A stretch of DNA of 20,763 bases from Fidelibacterota bacterium (GCA_046735395.1 JBJKQR010000068.1:1-20763); one strand, 5' to 3'. Counted from the stretch's first letter, positions 10,569 to 16,575 are shown. The notes: generated from the letters alone by a model not told the origin. Numbers and translations: made by a program.

Positions 10569-10939
10569 CCCTCCTTCTGTCCGTCAATAATCCGTTTCAG
10601 GTTTTCAATATCCGTTTCCGTCAGTTTTCCGTTCCGGGCGAGATAGGCCGCCATATTTGAAAAGGATCCGTTAAATAAGCGTTCCACCATGGAATTGGTT
10701 TCAGACTTCAGCAGTTTCTGCCTGGGAACGGAGATACGGTAACGGTTCACTTTGCCGTCCCGCGACTTCGTGAGCATCTTCTTGTCCGTCAGGCGCTCCA
10801 CATAGGTCTGTATCGTCGTGTAGGCCCTCTGATAGGCTGGCGGAAGCGCATCGGCGATCTGCCGCACTGTCGCCTCCTCCATGTCCCAGAAGATGTTCAT
10901 GATCTGCCATTCAAAGGGAGTCAGAGTCAGTGAAGCCAT
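10565..10939 (-). CDS. BlaI/MecI/CopY family transcriptional repressor
   Basis: LTPFEWQIMNIFW...ATVRQI...AYTTIQTYVERLTDKKML...Y...LFNGS; adjacent to the M56 gene; RBS AGGAG. Confidence 0.92.
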   Translation of the reverse strand: MASLTLTPFEWQIMNIFWDMEEATVRQIADALPPAYQRAYTTIQTYVERLTDKKMLTKSRDGKVNRYRISVPRQKLLKSETNSMVERLFNGSFSNMAAYLARNGKLTETDIENLKRIIDGQKEG

Positions 10940-10950
10940 GGTTTTTCTCC

Positions 10951-10976
10951 TATTCTACTAATCTTTTAGTAGAATA
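10951..10976. promoter_or_regulatory. Palindromic BlaI-type operator 1
   Basis: Perfect inverted repeat TATTCTACTAA-TCTT-TTAGTAGAATA directly upstream of blaI and overlapping the predicted -10. Confidence 0.75.
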
Positions 10977-11001
10977 TACGGTAACAGCCTCCCTGACGCA
11001 A
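10973..11001 (-). promoter_or_regulatory. Sigma70-like promoter of the blaI-M56 operon
   Basis: Minus strand TTGCGT-17 nt-TATATT. Confidence 0.55.
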
Positions 11002-11010
11002 GATTTTATT

Positions 11011-11026
11011 TACTAATTATGTAGTA
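11011..11026. promoter_or_regulatory. Second BlaI-type operator box
   Basis: TACTA-ATTATG-TAGTA, the same TACTA-N6-TAGTA core as 10956-10971. Confidence 0.6.
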
Positions 11027-11081
11027 GTGTAAACTATAAACAGATGGAGCTGGCATTTAATATCGATTTTATTTTCGGCGT

Positions 11082-11606
11082 CTATTTCATCCCTTCAATA
11101 GCGAAGGTCAATCCGACGAAGGATATCATCCCTTCACTGTCGAGAAAAAATAAGGCATACATGCCGACACCCGCTTCCATGATGGGAGTAAGGTTTGCTT
11201 CTGTCACCAGCGCTGCTCCCCACCGGTCGTTTATCGTCTGCGGCCGGTTGAAATAGGCAATATTCCCTGAGATGGCAAAGCGGCTCCAGCGGTTTTTTTC
11301 CGAATATCCGAAACCACATGCAACGAAATTGTAGTTGGGTTCCAGGCAACGGTCTCCTGGCAAGGATGCTGATGCATGAATAAAGGTTTTGTCTGTCCAT
11401 TTCCTATTCGCGGAAATTAAAAGGCTGAGGCCTCCCTTATTCATCCCAGTGAAGGGATCTCCGTCCTTATCAAGCGCAAAGCCTATATCCAGCCACCCAT
11501 TGTCTTTATAATAATCCCGTTTTTCCACCTCATCAGACGCCGTTAATGAATTATTCACTAATAAGGCAAAGAGTAGGTAAAGCACATAGATAAATTTCCG
11601 TTTCAT
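11082..11606 (-). CDS. Hypothetical exported/outer membrane protein
   Basis: ORF track gives 11082..11717; the internal ATG at 11606 gives a typical signal peptide MKRKFIYVLYLLFALLVNNSLTA, followed by alternating beta-strand-like segments. Confidence 0.55.
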   Translation of the reverse strand: MKRKFIYVLYLLFALLVNNSLTASDEVEKRDYYKDNGWLDIGFALDKDGDPFTGMNKGGLSLLISANRKWTDKTFIHASASLPGDRCLEPNYNFVACGFGYSEKNRWSRFAISGNIAYFNRPQTINDRWGAALVTEANLTPIMEAGVGMYALFFLDSEGMISFVGLTFAIEGMK

Positions 11607-11866
11607 GTTGCTGATTCCTTCAGGCAATTTGTTTTTTTCCTCACATGAATAAACCGTCAAATTCTTACGAATAGCGAAACAATGAATCCCTGAAATAATC
11701 TCAGTCTCAAATTCCACATTATTTCAGCTTTCCTTTCGAAAATTCCGTTTAAAAGTTCAGACCTCATTCAGACCTGTGAATCTATAAAATTCCAAGTCGG
11801 GATTCCAATGGAATTTTTAATTCACGGGAGATAAACCTCTCAACCTCTGAACTTTTCAACATCTTA

Positions 11867-11904
11867 ACAAAAAAGCCCCGCCGCCTGCTGGCGGAAGGGC
11901 TTTA
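11867..11904 (-). terminator. Terminator downstream of the displaced tRNA 3' fragment
   Basis: Minus strand AAAGCCCTT...GGGGCTTTTTTGT with an internal CCGCC-N4-GGCGG hairpin. Confidence 0.6.
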
Positions 11905-11905
11905 C

Positions 11906-11943
11906 CATGTAGGCCCCGTAGGACTTGAACCTACGACCGACGG
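11906..11943 (-). repeat. att direct repeat: duplicated 3' part of tRNA-Ile2 (distal island boundary)
   Basis: CATGTAGGCCCCGTAGGACTTGAACCTACGACCGACGG, 38/38 identical to 16187-16224; similarity extends left (AAGGGCTTTA) and right (ATTATG...AGTCCG, interrupted). Confidence 0.93.
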
Positions 11944-12032
11944 GGGATTATGCCTGCCCCGCGAAATGGAATTGAAGCGGGGAGTCCGTTTTTATGCAAT
12001 AATAAACAACAACTTACAAAACTCAGGGACCA

Positions 12033-12070
12033 AAAAAAGACCATCCGCCAACCGGCGGATGGTCTTTTTT
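12033..12070. terminator. Bidirectional intrinsic terminator downstream of 12095..12937
   Basis: Perfect inverted repeat AAAAAAGACCATCCGCC-AACC-GGCGGATGGTCTTTTTT. Confidence 0.8.
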
Positions 12071-12094
12071 GATGTTATTTTCTGTTGGATACTT

Positions 12095-12937
12095 TCATAT
12101 CCAGCTCCCACCCGTACTCATGTGAAAACCGGATCTCAAACCTTCATCAATAGAATAAATCATAATACCACCAATAATAGCAGCAGAAACCGCAACTAAT
12201 ACAATATGCGACCTTTCAGGTGTATTAAGGTTGATTGAAATAGTCTGTGCAATACCAGGTTTTGTATTATGCCATAAAAGTCCATAATCGAGAGATACCC
12301 TCCTGATTTTCATCTGTATTCCCGCATCCAAGGAATACCCAATACCTTCAAAATTCCCAAGATAATAGCCTAAAGCACTGCCTGCATAATAGTTTATTTC
12401 ACACTTTTTAAATTTGGTCCGGGGTATAACAATTTTCCCCTTTAAATAGCTAAGGTAATAGCTGTGATAATCATAACTGCCGCTATTGGGTTCTTTCCAG
12501 TCATCAATTAGAAATCCAACGGAAAATATCGGTTTATAAAGTAACCCTCTGTATTTATTAAAATGGTCAGATACGAATGATAGGGACATATCAACTCCAC
12601 TGTAGTTAAAATTGTTGCTGATCATCCTGAGTGAAATTGCTCCCATATCCGGCCTGATTTTATCCGGTGGTTGAGTTCTTCCCTTCCACAATATATGATC
12701 CCGGCTGACTACAATTCGACGATTCTTGATGAGCACATCTCCGTTAGCCAGGACTGCGGTTTTTATTTTACTTATCTCCATTCTACTTGGTTTTTTCTGG
12801 CCTTCCATGAGGAAATATGAGACATAATTGCTGTCAATGCCAACGATTCTGCAGGTGCCGCTGCCCTTGTCAGTTTCAATGATGTCCTGGGAAAATAATA
12901 GTGCTACAAAAATAAACAGTGCGCATAGAATTTTCAT
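12095..12937 (-). CDS. Hypothetical exported protein (possible beta-barrel region, C-terminal hydrophobic segment)
   Basis: 280-aa ORF, signal peptide MKILCALFIFVALLFSQD, RBS GGAG; aromatic-rich strands; C-terminal IVLVAVSAAIIGGIMIY. Confidence 0.65.
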   Translation of the reverse strand: MKILCALFIFVALLFSQDIIETDKGSGTCRIVGIDSNYVSYFLMEGQKKPSRMEISKIKTAVLANGDVLIKNRRIVVSRDHILWKGRTQPPDKIRPDMGAISLRMISNNFNYSGVDMSLSFVSDHFNKYRGLLYKPIFSVGFLIDDWKEPNSGSYDYHSYYLSYLKGKIVIPRTKFKKCEINYYAGSALGYYLGNFEGIGYSLDAGIQMKIRRVSLDYGLLWHNTKPGIAQTISINLNTPERSHIVLVAVSAAIIGGIMIYSIDEGLRSGFHMSTGGSWI

Positions 12938-13056
12938 TTTCTGTCTCCAAGTATATAATTTTCAATACTGTCCGTTTTCAGCCTAAATCGTAGCAATTTC
13001 AATATAATTCTGCTTTCATAGAAATTTCATAGTTCTGGTACTAACAATAAAATCAG

Positions 13057-13266
13057 CTATTCCAACTCGCCTTTCGGCTCCATGAATTTATAAAAATCTT
13101 CACGGTTGTGTTGCCGATACCCAAACGCTTTCCCCAAAGTATTGAATTCGTCGAGTTTTTTAACCAAAATTCCCCGATTCACGATGGACTGCTTTTTACC
13201 CCATTTTTTCAGAACATAATTCAGTTCGTATTCTTCCTTGCTGATTAATTCTTCATCTTATGCCAC
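13057..13266 (-). pseudogene. Small probable pseudogene (70 codons, TAA at codon 3)
   Basis: RBS GGAGG 5 nt before GTG; reads MA*DEELISKEEYELNYVLKKWGKKQSIVNRGILVKKLDEFNTLGKAFGYRQHNREDFYKFMEPKGELE*; absent from the ORF track. Confidence 0.45.
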
Positions 13267-13319
13267 GGTAGCCTCCTTTGATTCATAATTAGTTAAGTCT
13301 GTCTCCCAAATCGTCGTCG

Positions 13320-13356
13320 ATCCTGCTCCGTCCCGAACATCGGGACTACGCAGGAT
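13320..13356 (-). promoter_or_regulatory. Hairpin 14 nt downstream of the putative DGR target gene (candidate DGR cis hairpin or REP-like element)
   Basis: ATCCTGC-TCC-GTCCCGA-ACA-TCGGGAC-TAC-GCAGGAT: two 7-bp stems, 3-nt loop, no U-tract. Confidence 0.55.
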
Positions 13357-13370
13357 AAAGGGTGAAGCGA

Positions 13371-14954
13371 CTAATCCTGAACCAAACGCACTGCAAACCC
13401 GCAGTACTTATCGTCGCCGTAGTACCGGTAGATACGGTCGTTATTGTAGTAGAGTTCGCGGTACCATGCGTAGTTTGCATCGTACTCCGTAGTCGACCAG
13501 AAGTACGCGTAGTAGCCCATATAGTCGAAGCCACCACTGTCGTAGCCGCGCCAACCCGCCGGCAACGCGCAATAGGCGACTTCATCAGTCCCATTACTGC
13601 TGCCGGCCCAGCCTGTTGTGCTCTTCAGTTTGTTCCCTGCTATGGATAATCCTCCAAGATAATCAGTTAATTGAGTCCATTCCGCATCGGTGGGTACATG
13701 CCAGCCTCTAGGGGCTATATTCCGACTGTCATTGACCGCATACCAGTTATACAAGGCACCATAGGTTGCTGCATTGCCCGAATCATTATTGTAATAGCAC
13801 ATCGCGCCGTCTGTAGTGCTGATCCAGGTGCTGTCATCCGTGACATTAGGGATTGCTGTGCCATCTCGGTATTTCGTAACTCTCAAGTTTTCAGCCATCC
13901 ACCATTGATTACCTATCTTAACCGTTTTGTACACATTACCATCTATGTCCGTTAAAGTACCAAACACGGTTACTTTATTATAAGTGGAATCTGTTAATCC
14001 GTTTGTATCTTTTACTTCCATCAATATATTATACGTTCCAGCAGTATCATATTGATAAGTAGCGATATAATTACTACTCCAATCAACATCCCAGATACCA
14101 TCCGATTCAAAATCCCAACGGAATTGTAATTGACTTAATTCATCTTTGAAATCACTACTATTTGAGGCATCAAATGTAAAAACGGTATCAATGGTTCCTG
14201 AGCCAGGTGTTACTTCAAATGATGCTGTGAGGGCACTGTTCGGTCGTTCTCCTTTGATACAACGCACCGAATACCCGTATTGCTTACTGACGCTGTACCG
14301 GTCGACAGTGTCGTTAACGTAGTAGAGTCCGCGGTACCATGCGCCGTCCGTACTGTACTCCGTAGCCGACCAAAAGTACGCGGTGTTGCCCATACTGTAG
14401 AAGTAACCATCGTAGTAGTTGCGGAAACCCGCCGGCAACGCAAAAAAGGCGACTTCATCTATACCATTACCGTCACTGTACCAGCCTGTAGTGCTCTTCA
14501 GTTTCTTCCCTTCGTCTGTGCCTCGCCAGCCTTTATCATCCGCTTCACTTTGGCTCATGCCGAGAGTCATCTCCAGTTCTTTCCATTCGTCATCCGTAGG
14601 AACATGCCAGCCTGCGGGAGCGATATTCCGGATGTCATTCACCGCATACCAGTTATACAAAGCCCCATAGGTCTCTGCACTATCAGCTTCGTTTTTATAA
14701 TAGCACATGGCGCCATAGCTTATGCTGAACCAGGGACTGTTGTTGTCCGTGACATTCGGAATGGCTGTTCCATCTCTGTAATGCGTCACTTTCAGGTTCT
14801 CTGCCATCCACCACTGGTCACCTATTTTAACTGTCTTGTATATATTTCCATTTGTATCAGTTACGGTTCCAGTCGTTTCTTTTCCGGGCTCTTCACAACC
14901 AGTAAGTAAAAACGCTACCACAACAACCATTAACACGCTTACGAACTTCTTCAT
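13371..14954 (-). CDS. Lipoprotein with two Fib_succ_major (FISUMP) domains separated by a PKD domain; probable DGR target
   Basis: Lipobox LLTGC; duplicated motifs DxxGNxYKTVKIGxQWWMAENL, YGALYNWYAV, IAPxGWHVPTDxEW, ALPAG, YFWS, AWYR, GxxVR; central PKD FTFDASNSSD...FRWDFESDG..D...YDTAGTY. Confidence 0.92.
   Translation of the reverse strand: MKKFVSVLMVVVVAFLLTGCEEPGKETTGTVTDTNGNIYKTVKIGDQWWMAENLKVTHYRDGTAIPNVTDNNSPWFSISYGAMCYYKNEADSAETYGALYNWYAVNDIRNIAPAGWHVPTDDEWKELEMTLGMSQSEADDKGWRGTDEGKKLKSTTGWYSDGNGIDEVAFFALPAGFRNYYDGYFYSMGNTAYFWSATEYSTDGAWYRGLYYVNDTVDRYSVSKQYGYSVRCIKGERPNSALTASFEVTPGSGTIDTVFTFDASNSSDFKDELSQLQFRWDFESDGIWDVDWSSNYIATYQYDTAGTYNILMEVKDTNGLTDSTYNKVTVFGTLTDIDGNVYKTVKIGNQWWMAENLRVTKYRDGTAIPNVTDDSTWISTTDGAMCYYNNDSGNAATYGALYNWYAVNDSRNIAPRGWHVPTDAEWTQLTDYLGGLSIAGNKLKSTTGWAGSSNGTDEVAYCALPAGWRGYDSGGFDYMGYYAYFWSTTEYDANYAWYRELYYNNDRIYRYYGDDKYCGFAVRLVQD
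13386..13568 (-). repeat. Putative DGR variable repeat, 3'-terminal copy (VR2)
   Basis: Aligns codon-for-codon with 14262-14441 (one 3-nt indel); differences concentrated at codon positions 1/2 of NNC/NNT codons. Confidence 0.8.
14262..14441 (-). repeat. Putative DGR variable repeat, internal copy (VR1)
   Basis: Same scaffold as 13386-13568 (GCGTTGCCGGCGGGT...ATGGGC...TGGTCG...ACGGAGTAC...GCATGGTACCGC...CTCTACTAC...CGGTAC...GTGCGT). Confidence 0.8.
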
Positions 14955-15154
14955 TTGTTTTCCTTTTTCGTTGGAACAGGGTATAACAAAACAAAATTGG
15001 CTACTTTAATATTTTTAACACGACTTATTCACAAAATTACGTATTCTGCTTCAGTCTCATTTATAAATGATATACTTCCTTTACTTTTCCGATTTCTATG
15101 TGATTCCAAATTATTTAATTATACTTGTAAAATATGGGACCCGCGATTTATTCT

Positions 15155-15577
15155 TTAAGTTGAAATTATTTCAGATACTTTCAGTACTATCTTATTCACT
15201 TCTTCTAAAGATCCCGTATAAGCAATTTTTGTATTTTCGGTCAATGTTTGTAACTGAAAATACAATGTTTTTACAAATAACCATCTGACAGCCTGGGCAT
15301 ACCCAACTTCTTTTATTGATGATTTTGTTAGAGTTAATACTACGGTGTTTTTAGGTATAACCCAGAATGATTTTTCTTTATCGACTCGAATAACTCTTTT
15401 ATCCGTGACGACTATATAGGTTCTTAAGGAATGCCCTAACAATTTTCCAATCAACCGGGTAAACGAAGCAAGTAATTTAACCAGCGGATTGGGAGACTCC
15501 GTATATGCATTCCCTTCAATTTGGAAGAGAATATTTTCTCCCTCTAATAAAACAACTTCTTTTAGTTTTTCTGTCAT
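15155..15577 (-). CDS. Hypothetical protein, possible bacterial PH-like domain
   Basis: 140-aa ORF with RBS GGAGGT; LLEGENILF and YIVVTDKRVI motifs resemble bacterial PH-domain proteins. Confidence 0.65.
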   Translation of the reverse strand: MTEKLKEVVLLEGENILFQIEGNAYTESPNPLVKLLASFTRLIGKLLGHSLRTYIVVTDKRVIRVDKEKSFWVIPKNTVVLTLTKSSIKEVGYAQAVRWLFVKTLYFQLQTLTENTKIAYTGSLEEVNKIVLKVSEIIST

Positions 15578-15643
15578 AATACCTCCTTTTGTAAAAATGT
15601 AATCACGAGTCCCTTTTTTTATGTAACCACTCTACAATCCTCC

Positions 15644-15696
15644 CCAGTTCCCACCCGTATTCATGTGTCCGTTTTCAGTCTAAATCGTACCGATTT
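15644..15696 (-). repeat. Composite repeat joining copies of 12101-12124 and 12969-12992 (deletion scar)
   Basis: 15644-15667 matches 12101-12124 at 22/24; 15666-15689 matches 12969-12992 at 23/24; the two matches overlap by TG. Confidence 0.75.
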
Positions 15697-15991
15697 AAGA
15701 GACACTTACCTCATCTCCACAACGGCTCCGCCACAGTCACTCACATGTGGCGAGTTTGATTCTGGCACCTAAGCCTACATGAACCAAGGATGGTCGGTTC
15801 TCTCTACCCTATCTTGCCTACAAAACACAACACGTTTCACCTAAGTTATGTGCCGGAAAAATATAGATATAAGCGGGATTTTTGGCAACACCTATTTCGG
15901 AGCCATTTTATCAACAACTTTATCGAATCGTTTTATTTCAGCACTTAAATATTTGACCCATTTGGTTCGGGAGGCTCTGACAATTTACATC

Positions 15992-16084
15992 GCTTCGCGT
16001 TTGGTCCAGAATGGCGTAGATCTGTTCAGGGTTTCCAAGCTTCTGGGGCACAGCTCTATAAAAGTGACGGAGAAGTACAACCAT
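15992..16084 (+). pseudogene. Tyrosine recombinase/integrase C-terminal remnant
   Basis: ASRLVQNGVDLFRVSKLLGHSSIKVTEKYNH is box II with LGH and the catalytic Tyr; the HxxR motif and everything upstream are missing; about 100 nt from the att/tRNA. Confidence 0.85.
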
Positions 16085-16147
16085 GATTTGTCCAGGTTTG
16101 TCCATATTTGTCCTTTTCGCTACACTTATAGAGAAAAGTACCCACAA

Positions 16148-16185
16148 ACAAAAAGCCCCTAAGTCTTTGATACTTAAGGGCTTTA
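16148..16185 (-). terminator. Terminator after the tRNA-Val/tRNA-Ile2 operon
   Basis: Minus strand AAAGCCCTTAAGT...ACTTAGGGGCTTTTTGT. Confidence 0.65.
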
Positions 16186-16190
16186 TCATG

Positions 16191-16264
16191 TAGGCCCCGT
16201 AGGACTTGAACCTACGACCGACGGATTATGAGTCCGGTGCTCTAACCAACTGAGCTAGGGGCCC
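16191..16264 (-). tRNA. tRNA-Ile2 (anticodon CAT, lysidine type); tRNA-Met not fully excluded
   Basis: GGGCCCCTAGCTCAGTTGGTTAGAGCACCGGACTCATAATCCGTCGGTCGTAGGTTCAAGTCCTACGGGGCCTA; CAT anticodon, C4-G69/C5-G68 pairs typical of TilS substrates, A73, CCA not encoded. Confidence 0.9.
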
Positions 16265-16299
16265 GGGAACGAAATTGAATGATGTAATGACGGATGTTG

Positions 16300-16373
16300 T
16301 GGGTAGTACAAGATTCGAACTTGTGACCTCCTGCGTGTCGAGCAGGCGCTCTAACCAACTGAGCTAACCACCC
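16300..16373 (-). tRNA. tRNA-Val (GAC)
   Basis: GGGTGGTTAGCTCAGTTGGTTAGAGCGCCTGCTCGACACGCAGGAGGTCACAAGTTCGAATCTTGTACTACCCA; anticodon arm CCTGC-TCGACAC-GCAGG; CCA not encoded. Confidence 0.95.
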
Positions 16374-16485
16374 TTCAGATGCGGAGGATGTCTGACGGAA
16401 GCGGAAAGAACCTTCTCCGGCTGTCCCGCAGAACCCTTTGAAGATATGGCTTCATTCAACCCATCCCCTTATCAAAAAGCGGAGA

Positions 16486-16514
16486 AACATACTGGTTTTT
16501 TTTCTTTTTGGCAA
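16486..16514 (-). promoter_or_regulatory. Sigma70-like promoter for the tRNA pair
   Basis: Minus strand TTGCCA-17 nt-TATGTT upstream of tRNA-Val. Confidence 0.55.
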
Positions 16515-16547
16515 CAGGATTTTTAGCTAAAACCCGGGGATTAAAAT

Positions 16548-16575
16548 AAAAAAGGCTCTTCAGAGAAGAGCCTTT
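16548..16575 (-). terminator. Intrinsic terminator of 16597..17556
   Basis: AAAGGCTCTTC-AGA-GAAGAGCCTTT with a T run on the minus strand. Confidence 0.75.

Larger units (their letters stand above)
11906..16224. mobile_element. Degenerate tRNA-Ile2-integrated genomic island (~4.3 kb)
   Basis: Flanking 38-bp direct repeats matching the tRNA 3' end; tyrosine-recombinase remnant beside the intact tRNA; visibly more AT-rich than the flanking operons; accessory cargo. Confidence 0.85.

Noticed and set aside
11906..11988. Second functional tRNA, or a tRNA with an intron
   Set aside because: Only the 3' half is present; the D-arm and 5' acceptor strand are absent after AGTCCG.
11999..12020. AATAAACAACAAC A-rich run as a template-repeat remnant
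   Set aside because: Only a few AAC units and none of the VR scaffold sequence around it.
14262..14441. One of the two repeats acting as the DGR template repeat for the other
   Set aside because: Neither copy has A at all variable sites (e.g. TAC/GGC, TAC/GAC, GTC/GGC) and both are in-frame coding, so both look like VRs of an unseen template.
13362..14909. Val-rich + strand ORFs (13362..13649, 14280..14909) and Thr-rich alternative-frame ORFs (13346..13594, 14210..14458)
   Set aside because: Shadows of the NAC/NNC codon runs in the variable repeats (antisense GTN = Val, shifted ACN = Thr); they support the VR call but are not genes.
15773..15781. GCCTACATG, an inverted 9-nt match to the att core end
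   Set aside because: Too short to distinguish from chance.
15848..16162. 104-aa ORF as an intact integrase
   Set aside because: Only about 30 residues match the recombinase box II; catalytic Arg and HxxR motifs are missing and the flanks look non-coding.
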